Numbered from the stretch's first letter, positions 8,771 through 19,384 are shown. The stretch: DNA of 53,266 nucleotides from Bacillota bacterium (GCA_009787685.1 WQSV01000001.1:1-53266); one strand, 5' to 3'. Numbers and translations: made by a program. Notes: generated by a model not told the origin, from the letters alone.

Positions 8771-9382
8771 TTAGCCCAACTTTTCTTTAATTACCTCAAA
8801 TATATCTTCAATCTCTCCGTCTCCATCAATCGTTATCAGTTTTCCTTGCTTTTCATAATATTCTATTAATGGAGCAGTTTGGGCAAGAAAGGTTTCAATT
8901 CTTGGTTTGACCATCTCTTCTGTGTCGTCTTCTCTTTGATAAAGTATTTTTCCACACTCACATTCTTCCGTTTTCATTCTTTTGATGTGAATTGTTTTTC
9001 CACACTCACAAGAGCGTCTGCCCGTTATTCTTGCGAGAAGTATTGAAAAGTCGACTTCAAGATAAATCACTTTATCAATTGTGGTGATTTCATCAAGTTT
9101 TTTTGCTTGCTCAAGCGTTCTTGGGAATCCATCAAAGAAAACACCTTGTTCACACTCTTTGCATTTGAGTTTTTCCTCAACAAGCCCTATGACAACCTCG
9201 TCTGGTGCGAGCATGCCTTTGTCTAGGTATTTCTTTGCTTCAATGCCAAGAGGAGTTTCCTCTTTGATATTTTTTCTCAAAATATCGCCTGTCGCAAGAT
9301 GAAAAAGACCGTATTCTTTGTTGAGATTTGGTGCTTGAGAACCTTTTCCAGATCCCGGAGCGCCGAAGATGATTAGTTTCAT
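8771..9382 (-). CDS. adk: adenylate kinase (Cys4 zinc lid)
   Basis: MKLIIFGAPGSGKGSQAPNL..; lid CECGKTIHIKRMKTEECECG; SD ggaggg before the ATG at 9382. Confidence 0.95.
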   Translation of the reverse strand: MKLIIFGAPGSGKGSQAPNLNKEYGLFHLATGDILRKNIKEETPLGIEAKKYLDKGMLAPDEVVIGLVEEKLKCKECEQGVFFDGFPRTLEQAKKLDEITTIDKVIYLEVDFSILLARITGRRSCECGKTIHIKRMKTEECECGKILYQREDDTEEMVKPRIETFLAQTAPLIEYYEKQGKLITIDGDGEIEDIFEVIKEKLG

Positions 9383-9471
9383 GTATGGAGTCCCTCCATA
9401 TAGAGTCAAGAGTCTGGGGTTGAACGTAATGCTGCATTGATTATCCTTAACTTCACCCTTCACATTTCACT

Positions 9472-10788
9472 CTACTTTAAAAAGCCTTTATACTGCTTCA
9501 TCATCAATTGACTTTGAAGTTGTTTGTCGAAGTCGAGGGCAACTGAAACAACGATTAGAAGTCCTGTTGCTGTGAATGCTCCGATTAGTCCCGGATCTTC
9601 AAAAACTAGGTCAAATATAATTGCTGGAACAATTGCGATAAACGCAAGGAACAATGCACCAAAGAATGTTAATCTTCTTGAAATGCGCTTGAGATGTTCC
9701 GCTGTTGGCTTGCCCGGACGAATACCCGGAATAAAACCACCATTTTGCTGAATTGTTCTTGCGACTTCTTCTGGATTGAACTGGATTTGAGCATAGAAGA
9801 ATGCGAAGAAGAAAATCAAGAGACCGACGACGACGCTATACACTGGTCTTCCAACTCCGAAGTGTGGTTGCCAAACGTTAATCATGAAGTTAGTTTCTTG
9901 AAGTGCGGGTATCATGCCCATAATCAATGACGGGAATGAAACAATCGCTGATGCGAAGATGATCGGAAGAACACCAGACGCGTTGAGCTTGATTGGGATG
10001 TGAGTTGATTGGCCACCATACTGTTTTCGGCCTTTGATTTGTTTTGCGTATTGAATTTGAACTCGTCGCTCTGACGCATCAATGAATACGATAAATGTGA
10101 ATATCAGTATTACAAGCCCTAAGAAGCCTATTAAATGGAATATTGGAGTGTTATCTTGACTTCCCGCTGTTGCAAAACTAGCAATTCCCGCGATGTTGCT
10201 AATAAGAGCAATACCCGCTGTTGCGATAATTCCGACGAATATCAGTAGTGAGATACCATTTCCAACGCCAAGTTCCGTGATTCTCTCACCAATCCACATT
10301 GTGAGCATCGCTCCCGCAATAAGACACAGTGAAACGATAATTCCAACAAGCCAAACCGGAAGGATTTCTCCACCAGCAAGAGCGCCTTGGTTCGACCAAG
10401 TGACGACAATTCCAACTGATTGAGCAATTGCAAGAAGCAGTGTTAAATACCTTGTTGCTTTATTGAGTTTTTCTTTTCCTTCATCACCTTGTTTGCGCCA
10501 TTCATCGAATTTTGGAATAGCGACTGTTAAAAGTTGCATTATAATCGACGCGTTAATATAAGGCATGACACCGATTGCCATGAACGCACCATTTGAAAGC
10601 GCTCCACCCGTGATTGAACCAAGAAGCATTAGCATCGTGTTTTCAGCACCGACATAATAAATGCTTGGGTCAATTCCCGGAATAGGAAGCCATGCACCGA
10701 GTCTAAACAAAAACAGTAGTCCCAGTGTTATTAGGATTTTCTTCCTTACATCCTTATTTTTAAATGAGTCGATTAATGTTGTGAACAT
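9472..10788 (-). CDS. secY: preprotein translocase subunit SecY
   Basis: 438 aa, 10 predicted TM segments, typical SecY N-terminus and position between rplO and adk. Confidence 0.95.
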   Translation of the reverse strand: MFTTLIDSFKNKDVRKKILITLGLLFLFRLGAWLPIPGIDPSIYYVGAENTMLMLLGSITGGALSNGAFMAIGVMPYINASIIMQLLTVAIPKFDEWRKQGDEGKEKLNKATRYLTLLLAIAQSVGIVVTWSNQGALAGGEILPVWLVGIIVSLCLIAGAMLTMWIGERITELGVGNGISLLIFVGIIATAGIALISNIAGIASFATAGSQDNTPIFHLIGFLGLVILIFTFIVFIDASERRVQIQYAKQIKGRKQYGGQSTHIPIKLNASGVLPIIFASAIVSFPSLIMGMIPALQETNFMINVWQPHFGVGRPVYSVVVGLLIFFFAFFYAQIQFNPEEVARTIQQNGGFIPGIRPGKPTAEHLKRISRRLTFFGALFLAFIAIVPAIIFDLVFEDPGLIGAFTATGLLIVVSVALDFDKQLQSQLMMKQYKGFLK

Positions 10789-10876
10789 TTATTTCTCCAA
10801 TTCACAATTCACAATTTTTATTGAGCCTATTTAGTAACTCTCACTAACTGCGCATTGTGTATTATACATTGATCAA

Positions 10877-11386
10877 TTACTTTGCCCCTCTTTCAGAAAG
10901 AGGTCTCTTTTTGCCTTTTTCGTTAAGGCTGTTGTTGATGATTTCGATTTCGATTACTTTTCCGCCAGCAGCTTCAATTGCTTTTTTTGCACCTTCTGAA
11001 AACTTGTTTGCTTTGACTGTTAATGCTTTTGTCAAAGTTCCCGAACCAAGAATTTTCACCCCATACTCTTCGACTTTTGAAAGTATTCCAAATTCAAGAA
11101 GTGTTTCAGCATTGATTTCTGTTTTCGCATCAAATCTTTCAAGGTCACTTAAGTTAACAATTGAATATTCTTTTTTGAAAGCATTATCAAACCCTCTTTT
11201 CGGGATTCTTCTCATTAGAGGTTTTTGCCCACCTTCAAAACCGATGCTAACACCACCGCCACTGCGTGCCCACTGACCTTTGTGCCCTTTACAACATGTT
11301 TTGCCATGACCGCTGGCAATGCCACGACCAAGTCTTTTTTCTTTTTTCTTTGAGCCCGCTTGGGGTTGAATAGTGTGTATTTTCAT
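10877..11386 (-). CDS. rplO: 50S ribosomal protein L15 (about 20-aa C-terminal extension)
   Basis: [38 protein letters not shown]; ATG at 11386 with SD tagaggaaatc. Confidence 0.93.
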   Translation of the reverse strand: MKIHTIQPQAGSKKKEKRLGRGIASGHGKTCCKGHKGQWARSGGGVSIGFEGGQKPLMRRIPKRGFDNAFKKEYSIVNLSDLERFDAKTEINAETLLEFGILSKVEEYGVKILGSGTLTKALTVKANKFSEGAKKAIEAAGGKVIEIEIINNSLNEKGKKRPLSERGAK

Positions 11387-11538
11387 AGTGATTTCCTCTA
11401 GTTTTTTCGATTCGACATTTTGTCCTAATCTAAATTTAGAGTGAATAGTGAATAGTGATAGTAAATAGTGATAGTAGAATAATTTTAAATCAATTCTATC
11501 CTGCACCTATTATTATGCATTATTCATTATTCACTGAA

Positions 11539-11739
11539 TTAAGCGATTTCTTCTACTTTTACCAAGTGTTTGACGACGAACAGCATTCCTCTTAAGCTTT
11601 CGCTGTCCGAGTGAGTGACACTTTGTCTTATTTTTCTCAAGCCCAAAGCTTGGATTGTCTTTTTTTGTTTTTCAAGACAACCAATTGTGCTTTTTACTAA
11701 TGTGATTTTGATTTGTTTGTTTGCTTCTTTCTTAGCCAT
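11539..11739 (-). CDS. rpmD: 50S ribosomal protein L30
   Basis: MAKKEANKQIKITLVKSTIGCLEKQKKTIQALGLRKI. Confidence 0.93.
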   Translation of the reverse strand: MAKKEANKQIKITLVKSTIGCLEKQKKTIQALGLRKIRQSVTHSDSESLRGMLFVVKHLVKVEEIA

Positions 11740-11823
11740 GATTTCTCCATTGATATGGAATATGTGTCGATAAAATAGTTTATCATTACCTATTCAATAT
11801 TCAGCGTTCAATATTCAATGATT

Positions 11824-12366
11824 TTAATTAAGGATTTCCTCGACTGACTTTCCTCTTCCCCTAGCCACCTGCTCTGCTGAACGAAGTCCATAAAGTCCTT
11901 GAATTGCAGCTTTTGTTGAGTTGATTGGGTTTCTTGAACCATGAGATTTTGCAGTGATATTTTTGATGCCCGCAAGTTCAACAACCGCACGAACCGATCC
12001 TCCCGCAATAATCCCCGTTCCTTCTGGTGCAGGCTTCAACAAGACTTTTGAAGCACCGAAGTGTCCGATGATTTCATGAGGAATAGTGCTTTCATTAAGA
12101 GCAATTTTCTCCATCTTGCGTCTTGCTTGCTGTTCAGCTTTTCTGACTGCTTCTGGAACTTCGTTTGCTTTTCCGTGTCCAACACCAACTGAGCCATTGC
12201 CGTCGCCAACAACAACCAGAGCAGAAAAACGCATGTTTCTTCCACCTTTGACAACTTTTGTAACGCGATTAACCGCAATCAGTTTGCTTCTGATTCCGTC
12301 ATCTGGTCTCTCGTCAGTTCTTCTTGGTTCACGCTCTCTTGGCGTTCTTTTTTGTCTTTCTTCCAT
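11824..12366 (-). CDS. rpsE: 30S ribosomal protein S5
   Basis: [49 protein letters not shown]; ATG at 12366. Confidence 0.93.
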   Translation of the reverse strand: MEERQKRTPREREPRRTDERPDDGIRSKLIAVNRVTKVVKGGRNMRFSALVVVGDGNGSVGVGHGKANEVPEAVRKAEQQARRKMEKIALNESTIPHEIIGHFGASKVLLKPAPEGTGIIAGGSVRAVVELAGIKNITAKSHGSRNPINSTKAAIQGLYGLRSAEQVARGRGKSVEEILN

Positions 12367-12505
12367 TTTATGTTCCTTCTTAAATGCACAAATGTGCATG
12401 ATGAGAATTGCTCTATATTTAGTTTAAATTGACAATTTGCAACTTACTATTTGCAAGTTTATGATATCTTAATTTGACTTCAATCTGTCAATTGCAAATC
12501 AAAAA

Positions 12506-12868
12506 CTAGAAAACTAGTCCTTCTTCTCTTGCTCCATCAGCGAGTGCTTTAACTCGTCCGATGTAGAGGTAGCCACCGCGGTCAAAAACTATTGTGTTGA
12601 TTTTTAGTTTTTTTGCTTTTTTAGCAATTTCTTGTCCAACTTTTTTAGCCGCTTCTGTCTTGTTAAGTTTTTTAACATCAACATCTTTTGCAACTGTTGA
12701 AGAAGAGCAAAGTGTTTTTCCTTGTTCATCATCAATCAATTGAGCATAAATATGAGTTGCAGAGCGAAAAACATTCATTCTTGGTCTTTGTGCAGTTCCA
12801 AAAATATTTTTTCTCACTCTTTTGTGACGTTTTTCACGTGCTTTGTTTTTGTCTTGTTTTGTTATCAT
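12506..12868 (-). CDS. rplR: 50S ribosomal protein L18
   Basis: [47 protein letters not shown]. Confidence 0.95.
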   Translation of the reverse strand: MITKQDKNKAREKRHKRVRKNIFGTAQRPRMNVFRSATHIYAQLIDDEQGKTLCSSSTVAKDVDVKKLNKTEAAKKVGQEIAKKAKKLKINTIVFDRGGYLYIGRVKALADGAREEGLVF

Positions 12869-12880
12869 GATGGTTTCCTA

Positions 12881-13002
12881 GACGCATAATGCATAATGCA
12901 TAAGCATAACGAATGTTAATTTTTTTGATGCATGTCTTCATATTCGCCTAATTCATAATGAATGTTAAAGTGTTTTTACAATCGTTATGAGTTATGCGTT
13001 AT
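12881..13002. repeat. intercistronic hairpin, GCATAAT/GCATAAC arms (rplF|rplR spacer)
   Basis: gacgcataatgcataatgcataagcataacgaatg pairs with caatcgttatgagttatgcgttat. Confidence 0.7.
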
Positions 13003-13005
13003 TTT

Positions 13006-13548
13006 TTACTTTCCGCTTGTTTTACCCTCTTTCTTCACTAAGCGCTCGCCTTGATAGTGAATTCCATAAAGATGGTATGGTTCAACTGGTTTTTTGCTTT
13101 TTAGTGTTGCCGCGACTTGACCAACTCTTTGCTTGCTGATTCCACTGACAACAATAGTGTTTGCATCCGGACAAGCAAGCGTTACATCTTGAGGTGAAAC
13201 AAACTCAACAGTGTGGGACAAACCTACGTTCATTGTTATTTTGTTTCCCGCAAGAGCAACTTTGTAACCAACACCCTTAACAATAAGGGTTTTTGAAAAT
13301 GGCTCAACAACACCTTTGACCATGTTTGCAATAAGTTGACGGTAAAGTCCATGTTTTGCTTTTGTTGATTTGCTTTCACTTTTGCGAACAACATTCAAAA
13401 CCGCACCGTTGTTTTCAATCACGATGTTTCTGTCGTCAATATATTGCGACAATTCACCTTTAGGTCCTTTTACTGTGACAGTGTTGTTTTCAACACCGAC
13501 TGTAACTCCTGCTGGCAATGCTATTTCTGCTCTTCCGACTCTTGACAT
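13006..13548 (-). CDS. rplF: 50S ribosomal protein L6
   Basis: MSRVGRAEIALPAGVTVGVENNTVTVKGPKGELS. Confidence 0.95.
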   Translation of the reverse strand: MSRVGRAEIALPAGVTVGVENNTVTVKGPKGELSQYIDDRNIVIENNGAVLNVVRKSESKSTKAKHGLYRQLIANMVKGVVEPFSKTLIVKGVGYKVALAGNKITMNVGLSHTVEFVSPQDVTLACPDANTIVVSGISKQRVGQVAATLKSKKPVEPYHLYGIHYQGERLVKKEGKTSGK

Positions 13549-13561
13549 GTTTTCCTTTTTT

Positions 13562-13693
13562 AATGCAGAATGCTAAATGCATAATGCATAATTATTGTTA
13601 AAATTTTTTGAACTCCTTCGGCTTTACCGAGGATCGACACACTCGTGTCAATTTTGACATCAATTCTGCATTATGCATTTAGCATTCTGCATT
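13562..13693. repeat. intercistronic hairpin, 32-bp arms with one mismatch (rpsH|rplF spacer)
   Basis: aatgcagaatgctaaatgcataatgcaTaatt (13562-13593) pairs with aattCtgcattatgcatttagcattctgcatt (13662-13693). The loop holds a nested gacac-actc-gtgtc hairpin. Confidence 0.9.
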
Positions 13694-13701
13694 GAATAAA
13701 G

Positions 13702-14100
13702 CTACCAAATATACGCTAGCACTTCGCCACCAATTTTATTTTTGCGCGCTTCTTTGTCAGTCATAACGCCTTTTGATGTTGAAATGATGGCAACACCAAG
13801 ACCGTTTAAAACTTTTGGCAAATCTTCATATCCGCAATAAACTCTAAGCCCCGGCTTTGAAACACGCTTTAGGTTTGTCAAAACTTTAGCAAAACCTCTC
13901 CCATATTTAAGAGTTATCAAAATATGAGGGTGCCCGTCGATTTCGACCGCCTCGTGTGAAGTGATATATCCTTCGCCTTGAAGAATCTCAACAATCGCCC
14001 TCTTCATTTTTGAAGTTGGAATAGCGACAGTGTCGTGTCGAGCAATTTGAGCATTTCTTATTCTTGTCAGCAAATCTGCAATTGGGTCTGTTGTTATCAT
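13702..14100 (-). CDS. rpsH: 30S ribosomal protein S8
   Basis: [33 protein letters not shown]. Confidence 0.95.
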   Translation of the reverse strand: MITTDPIADLLTRIRNAQIARHDTVAIPTSKMKRAIVEILQGEGYITSHEAVEIDGHPHILITLKYGRGFAKVLTNLKRVSKPGLRVYCGYEDLPKVLNGLGVAIISTSKGVMTDKEARKNKIGGEVLAYIW

Positions 14101-14112
14101 TTAAACCTCTTT

Positions 14113-14252
14113 TATTATAATGCAGAATGCAAAAATACAAAATGCAAAATAATTGTTAGACTTTTCTAGTTTCTTCGTCTTTATTTAAAGACTATTATAA
14201 TAATTTTCACCTATATTCTGCATTCTGCATTCTGCATTCTGCATTCTATAAT
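14113..14252. repeat. intercistronic hairpin, GCAGAAT arms (rpsN|rpsH spacer)
   Basis: tattataatgcagaatgca.. pairs with (attctgc)x4 attctataata. Confidence 0.75.
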
Positions 14253-14253
14253 A

Positions 14254-14439
14254 CTACCAAGAAGCCTTGCGAACTCCCGGAATTTCACCTTTATAGGCTA
14301 GGTTGCGAAAGCAAATTCTGCAGATGCCATACTTGCGAAGAACCGCATGTGGGCGCCCACACATACTGCAACGGGTGTATTCTCTCGTTGAGTATTTTTG
14401 CTTTTTCTGCTGTTTTTGTACCATTGCTTTTTTAGCCAT
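14254..14439 (-). CDS. rpsN: 30S ribosomal protein S14, zinc-binding type Z (61 aa)
   Basis: [61 protein letters not shown]; CxxC..CxxC; SD ggagagaaag. Confidence 0.95.
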   Translation of the reverse strand: MAKKAMVQKQQKKQKYSTREYTRCSMCGRPHAVLRKYGICRICFRNLAYKGEIPGVRKASW

Positions 14440-14573
14440 GTTTACTTTCTCTCCGTTGTCCAAAGTTTGGACGATTGGTTTTTCAATTTAATTCAGAATT
14501 CAAAATTATGAATTAAGAATTATTGATGATTTATTTTTTCATTCGACCTTAATTCTAAATTCTGAATTAATTT

Positions 14574-15707
14574 CTATGTTCTAAAAGGCATTCCGATTTT
14601 TGTTAGTAGCGCTAGTGCATCAGCGTCCGTTTTCGCAGTCGTTACGATTGCAATATCAAAGCCTCTGACTTTTTCTACTGTTTCATAGGAAATTTCTGGG
14701 AAGATAATCTGTTCTTTGACACCCATTGAGTAGTTTCCTCTGCCGTCAAACGACTTTGGCGAAATACCCCTAAAGTCTCTGACGCGTGGAAGTGCGACTG
14801 CAATAAGTTTGTCAAGAAATTCATACATTCTTTCTCCGCGAAGAGTGACTTTAATACCGATTGGTTGATTCTCACGAAGTTTGAAGTTAGAAACTGATTT
14901 TTTTGCTCTAACTAGGACGCTTTTTTGTCCAGCAATTTGCTCAAGTTCAGTTTGTGCTTGTTTGATTGATTTTGTGTTATCTTTAATGTCACCGATTCTC
15001 ATGTTCAAGATGATTTTGTCAACTTTCGGAACTTCAAAGATGTTTTTATAACCCTGTTCTTTTTTGAGTTCTGGAGCAATTTCAGTTGAATAACGCTTTT
15101 TAAGACGATGTCTTGTTTCAGACGATAGTGTCTTTTGTGGGGCGACTCTCTTTGGCTCTTCTTTTTTAGATTCAGTTTTTGGTGCCGAAGCAGGTTTTGA
15201 AGCTTCTTTTTTAACTTCTTCAACTTTCGGAGCAACTACTGGAGTCGCTTTTGGCTCTTCTTTCTGAATTTCAACAGCTTTTGGTGCTAGCTCAACTTTT
15301 GACTCTTCTGCTTTCACTTCTTTCTTTGGCTCTGCTTTTGCTTTTGCAGGAGCTTTTTCTTTTGCTTCTGTTTTAGGCTTTGGCTCGGCTTTCGGTTTTG
15401 CAGGAGCTTTCTCTTTTTCTACCTTCTCTTTTGGCTCTGTCTTTGGCTTCGGTTCTGCTTTTGGCTTCGCCGTTGCTTTTTTTGGTTTTTCTGTTGTCGC
15501 AGCCACTTCCGCTCCCGCTTCTTCGATGCTTGCAGTTGACATAATTGCTTCAATTGCCTTAGCCGCAGTTTCTTTGATCGCGTCTATTGCTTTTTCTTTT
15601 GATTTTGAAGATGCTTTTGGCTCAGTCGCCTTTTTAGCTGGTGCTTTCTTCGCTTTTGGCTCGTCGGTTACAACTTCTTTAGTAACCTGATCATCTTTTT
15701 TAGCCAT
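14574..15707 (-). CDS. rplE: 50S ribosomal protein L5 with an approximately 195-aa N-terminal K/A/P/E-rich extension
   Basis: The C-terminal ~180 aa is canonical L5 ([39 protein letters not shown]). The in-frame N-terminal low-complexity region has [11 protein letters not shown] repeats. A strong SD aaggagaaatc precedes the ATG at 15707. There is no in-frame ATG near the start of the L5 domain. Confidence 0.9.
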   Translation of the reverse strand: MAKKDDQVTKEVVTDEPKAKKAPAKKATEPKASSKSKEKAIDAIKETAAKAIEAIMSTASIEEAGAEVAATTEKPKKATAKPKAEPKPKTEPKEKVEKEKAPAKPKAEPKPKTEAKEKAPAKAKAEPKKEVKAEESKVELAPKAVEIQKEEPKATPVVAPKVEEVKKEASKPASAPKTESKKEEPKRVAPQKTLSSETRHRLKKRYSTEIAPELKKEQGYKNIFEVPKVDKIILNMRIGDIKDNTKSIKQAQTELEQIAGQKSVLVRAKKSVSNFKLRENQPIGIKVTLRGERMYEFLDKLIAVALPRVRDFRGISPKSFDGRGNYSMGVKEQIIFPEISYETVEKVRGFDIAIVTTAKTDADALALLTKIGMPFRT

Positions 15708-15816
15708 GATTTCTCCTTGATTATTGAATATGGAATATTTAATATTAAATAAGTCTTGTCAAATCTAATTTAATCATTACTTATTCAATACTCCATATTA
15801 ACTATTACATAATAAT

Positions 15817-16302
15817 TTATTCTTGAATTGCTTCTTCCGCGTTAACCACCGTTTCTTCTTTTGCAGTTTCTTCAGATTTCACTGCTTTTGGTTTTCTTGC
15901 AGATTTTTTTTCTTTTGTTTCTTCTGCTGGAGCGTCAACCGCATCTTTTTTTGCTTTTTTCAATGCTTTTTTGTCCGCTGATTTGACATCAAGGCTTTTT
16001 TCACATTTTTTACACATTCTCACTTTTTTGCCTTCGATTTCCATGTGAGCAACTCTTGTTGTTTTTGCGCATGCTGGACAAACGATTTGAACATTCGATG
16101 CATCAACAGAACCTGCAACTTTGCTGATTCCACCTCTGTCAGTTTGTGAGCGAGGTTTTTTATGTTTTGTGATAATGTTCAATCCATCGACAACAATACG
16201 AGAAGTTTCAGGGTTAACCATTGTAACCTTGCCAGTTTTGCCTTTATTTTTGCCCGAAAGCATTTTTACTGTGTCGCCTTTGCGAACGAATAGTGAGTTC
16301 AT
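15817..16302 (-). CDS. rplX: 50S ribosomal protein L24 (zinc-ribbon form) with an approximately 55-aa K/A/E-rich C-terminal tail
   Basis: VRKGDTVKMLSGKNKGKTGKV (KOW); CPACAKTTRVAHMEIEGKKVRMCKKC; tail KSADKKALKKAKKDAVDAPAEETKEKKSARKPKAVK. Confidence 0.93.
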   Translation of the reverse strand: MNSLFVRKGDTVKMLSGKNKGKTGKVTMVNPETSRIVVDGLNIITKHKKPRSQTDRGGISKVAGSVDASNVQIVCPACAKTTRVAHMEIEGKKVRMCKKCEKSLDVKSADKKALKKAKKDAVDAPAEETKEKKSARKPKAVKSEETAKEETVVNAEEAIQE

Positions 16303-16313
16303 AATATTTCCTT

Positions 16314-16454
16314 ATTTAACGCATAACGCATAACGCATAACGCATAATGAATGTTTATTTGGATTGTTAACGATGACGAAAACGTTAGACTCAATCACGA
16401 TATTCAAAATTCTATTATCGTTATGAGTTATAAGTTATGCGTTATGCGTTAAAT
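16314..16454. repeat. intercistronic hairpin, GCATAAC arms (rplN|rplX spacer)
   Basis: atttaac(gcataac)x3gcataatgaatg pairs with tattatcgttatgagttataagttatgcgttatgcgttaaat. The outer ~22 bp are perfect. Confidence 0.85.
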
Positions 16455-16823
16455 TTAGATTACTTCTGGAGCAAGAGAGATAATTTTCATATACTCTTTT
16501 TCACGAAGCTCTCTTGCAATTGGCCCAAAAATACGAGTTCCTTTTGGTTGTTTTTGATTGTCAATAATAACAGCAGCGTTGTCATCAAACTTGATATGAG
16601 ATCCATCTGGACGATTGATTCCCATGTGACTTCTGACGATTACAGCTTTGACAACATCACCTTTTTTGACATTCCCGCCCGGCGTCGCAGACTTTACCGA
16701 TGCGATAATAACATCGCCGATATTTCCAGAGTAGCGAAAACTTCCGCCCAAAACTCTGATACACATAATTTCTTTTGCACCGCTGTTGTCAGCGACTTTC
16801 AAATATGATTGTGGTTGAACCAT
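16455..16823 (-). CDS. rplN: 50S ribosomal protein L14
   Basis: [28 protein letters not shown]. Confidence 0.96.
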   Translation of the reverse strand: MVQPQSYLKVADNSGAKEIMCIRVLGGSFRYSGNIGDVIIASVKSATPGGNVKKGDVVKAVIVRSHMGINRPDGSHIKFDDNAAVIIDNQKQPKGTRIFGPIARELREKEYMKIISLAPEVI

Positions 16824-16921
16824 GATTATTCTCCGAATATGGAATATGGAATATGGAATAGATAAAGATAAAATATTTTTTTATCAACACATTTCAATAT
16901 TCAATATTCAATAGTAAAATA

Positions 16922-17191
16922 TTATTTTGCTTTTTCGACAATGCGAACCAATCTGAAATACTTGTCTCTTGAAAGTGGACGAGTTTCTGCAATTTCGACA
17001 GTGTCGCCGATTCCGCATTCATTGTTTTCGTCATGCACTTTGTATTTTTTAGATTTGTTCATCGTCTTTTTATAAATAGGGTGTGGAACTTTGTCGCTAA
17101 CAAGAACAACAATTGTCTTGTCCATTTTGTCAGAAACAACAACACCTTCACGCACCTTGCGCATATTTACTCTTTTTTCTGATGCTTCCAT
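16922..17191 (-). CDS. rpsQ: 30S ribosomal protein S17
   Basis: [57 protein letters not shown]. Confidence 0.93.
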   Translation of the reverse strand: MEASEKRVNMRKVREGVVVSDKMDKTIVVLVSDKVPHPIYKKTMNKSKKYKVHDENNECGIGDTVEIAETRPLSRDKYFRLVRIVEKAK

Positions 17192-17194
17192 TTG

Positions 17195-17428
17195 TTATTT
17201 CTTCCCCCTTTTTGATGCAACTTTTCTGAAGTCGTCACCATGCAATTTTCTTTCTTGCATTATTGTCAACACTCTTGCGATGTCTTTTTTGACATTGTTG
17301 AGTTGCATTGGATTTGACAATTGTCCAGTTGTGTGAGAAAATCTAAGATTAAACAGTTCTTTTCTGAGATCTTCCAATTTGATTGTCAAATCTTTGTTGT
17401 CTAGCTCTCTGATATCTTTACCTTTCAT
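17195..17428 (-). CDS. rpmC: 50S ribosomal protein L29
   Basis: [30 protein letters not shown]; its start overlaps the rplP stop (TAATG). Confidence 0.93.
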   Translation of the reverse strand: MKGKDIRELDNKDLTIKLEDLRKELFNLRFSHTTGQLSNPMQLNNVKKDIARVLTIMQERKLHGDDFRKVASKRGKK

Positions 17429-17901
17429 TATTCAGCCACCTCCTCAGATTTCACTTCTTTTGCACCCGCATCCGGAGCATCTGGGCTTGTCAATTCATCT
17501 TTGCGATAAAATTTGCATTTTACTGGCAATTTGTGAGCAGCTCTTCTCATCGCTTCTCTTGCCAAATCTTCGTTAACACCAGCCATTTCAAACATAACCC
17601 TGCCCGGTTTAACGACAGCAACCCAGTATTCCGGAGAACCCTTACCAGAACCCATTCGAGTTTCTGCAGGTTTTTTAGTGACAGACTTGTGAGGAAAAAT
17701 ATTAATCCAAACTTTTCCACCACGTTTTACGTGTCTTGTCATGGCAATACGAGCCGCTTCTATTTGATTAGATGTTATCCACGCACAGCTTTGCGCAACA
17801 AGACCAAAGTCACCGTATGCAATAATACAGCCTTTATTAGCCTTTCCTTTCATTCTACCGCGCTGAACTCGGCGTCTTTTTACTCTTTTTGGTATTAACA
17901 T
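17428..17901 (-). CDS. rplP: 50S ribosomal protein L16 (about 20-aa acidic C-terminal tail)
   Basis: [24 protein letters not shown].. Confidence 0.95.
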   Translation of the reverse strand: MLIPKRVKRRRVQRGRMKGKANKGCIIAYGDFGLVAQSCAWITSNQIEAARIAMTRHVKRGGKVWINIFPHKSVTKKPAETRMGSGKGSPEYWVAVVKPGRVMFEMAGVNEDLAREAMRRAAHKLPVKCKFYRKDELTSPDAPDAGAKEVKSEEVAE

Positions 17902-17996
17902 TGTGTTGTCCTTCTATCTTAATAAGCATTTATCAATGCATTATCATTTCTTGAATTTGTTTTTTATTGAATATAGATATTAATATTCAACTTAAA

Positions 17997-18701
17997 TTAG
18001 TTTCTTTCGCGTCTTTCTCTTCTTTGTTGTCCTTGGCTTTCCTCTGAACTCTCTTCTGAAAGTTTACGCTTTCCAAGAACTTCACCTTTATAGATCCACA
18101 CTTTTACTCCAATACAACCGAAAGTTGTGTGAGCCGTTGCAACACCGTAGTCAATGTCAGCACGAAGCGTGTGAAGTGGAATACTTCCTTCATGGTAATG
18201 TTCAGAACGAGCAATTTCCGCGCCGTCAAGTCTTCCAGACACCATAACTTTGACACCCTTTGCTCCGCTTCTCATTACTCTTCCCATCGCTTGCTTCATC
18301 GTTCTTCTGAACGATGCTCTCTTTTCAAGAGCGGCAGCGATTCCTTCAGCAACAAGAGTTGAATCCATGTCTGGACGCTTAACTTCAATGATGTTGATGT
18401 GGAGAGTTTTGTCTGGAACAAGCTTCGCAAGCTCTTTTTTGAGTTGCTCAATACCTGCACCTTTTTGACCAATGATAACACCGGGCTTCGAAGTGTGGAT
18501 GTTAACGCTAACCTTTCCTTGGCTACGCTCCAAAATTACACGCGAAATACCGCAAGTGTAATACTTATCCTTGACAAACTTTCTAATTTTGCTGTCTTCA
18601 AGAAGCAATGCTGGGAAATCCTTTTTGTTTGCAAACCATGTTGCATCCCAACCTTTAATAACTCCTACTCTCAGTCCGTGTGGTGATACCTTTTGACCCA
18701 T
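17997..18701 (-). CDS. rpsC: 30S ribosomal protein S3
   Basis: [24 protein letters not shown]. Confidence 0.96.
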   Translation of the reverse strand: MGQKVSPHGLRVGVIKGWDATWFANKKDFPALLLEDSKIRKFVKDKYYTCGISRVILERSQGKVSVNIHTSKPGVIIGQKGAGIEQLKKELAKLVPDKTLHINIIEVKRPDMDSTLVAEGIAAALEKRASFRRTMKQAMGRVMRSGAKGVKVMVSGRLDGAEIARSEHYHEGSIPLHTLRADIDYGVATAHTTFGCIGVKVWIYKGEVLGKRKLSEESSEESQGQQRRERRERN

Positions 18702-18740
18702 GTTTCTCCTAAACGCATAAACGCGTAATGAATTCTTTAT

Positions 18741-18840
18741 TTTAGTGAATAACGAATAGCGAACAGTGAATAGTTGTTGTTAAAGCTTTAAAATAATTTG
18801 GCAATAGTTATTCACTATTAATTATTCCCTATTCACTAAA
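18741..18840. repeat. intercistronic hairpin, GAATAGT-type arms (rplV|rpsC spacer)
   Basis: tttagtgaataacgaatagcgaacagtgaatagtt pairs with aatagttattcactattaattattccctattcactaaa. Confidence 0.7.
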
Positions 18841-18847
18841 ATTGCTT

Positions 18848-19240
18848 TTAGTTTTCTTTCGCCTCATCAAGAATAACCGTGATGTGACTTGTTCTTTTGT
18901 TGATGCGGTGACCTCTTCCCTTTGATACCGGCTGCATTCTCTTCATGATTGGCCCAGCATCTGCATAGATTTCAGAAACGACGAGGTCGTGTCTTGAGAG
19001 GTTTTGGTTGTGTTCAGCATTTGCAACAGCACTTTCAATCAACTTTATCACCATTGGTGAAGCCGCTTTTGGAGTTGCTCTCAAACTTGCAATAGCATCA
19101 TTAACCGCCTTGCCACGAATTGTGTCAAGGACGACACGCACTTTAAAAGGAGATATTCTCAAATATCTTGCGTGTGCTTTTGGACGAGTGTCCTTATTTT
19201 CGCGACGGAATGCCGCTTTTTCTCTCATTCTTGTTGCCAT
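18848..19240 (-). CDS. rplV: 50S ribosomal protein L22
   Basis: ARYLRISPFKVRVVLDTIRGKAV..; ATG at 19240 with SD aaaggaaatc. Confidence 0.93.
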   Translation of the reverse strand: MATRMREKAAFRRENKDTRPKAHARYLRISPFKVRVVLDTIRGKAVNDAIASLRATPKAASPMVIKLIESAVANAEHNQNLSRHDLVVSEIYADAGPIMKRMQPVSKGRGHRINKRTSHITVILDEAKEN

Positions 19241-19251
19241 GATTTCCTTTT

Positions 19252-19384
19252 GACGCATTATGCATAATGCATAGTGCATAATGAATGTTGAAATTTTATG
19301 TTTTATAATAACAACAAACGATACAAGCATACGAGACTACTAATTTAACTTTCGTTATGCGTTATGCGTTATGCGTTATGCATT
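19252..19384. repeat. intercistronic hairpin, GCATAAT vs GCATAAC arms (rpsS|rplV spacer)
   Basis: gacgcattatgcataatgcatagtgcataatgaatg pairs with ttc(gttatgc)x4att. Confidence 0.7.

Noticed and set aside
10857-18686. Numerous 60-140-aa ORFs antisense to ribosomal-protein, secY and rpoA genes (e.g. 10857-11276, 16437-16808, 17533-17898, 4504-4833)
   Set aside because: They are shadow ORFs opposite strongly supported conserved genes, with no SD or independent homology.
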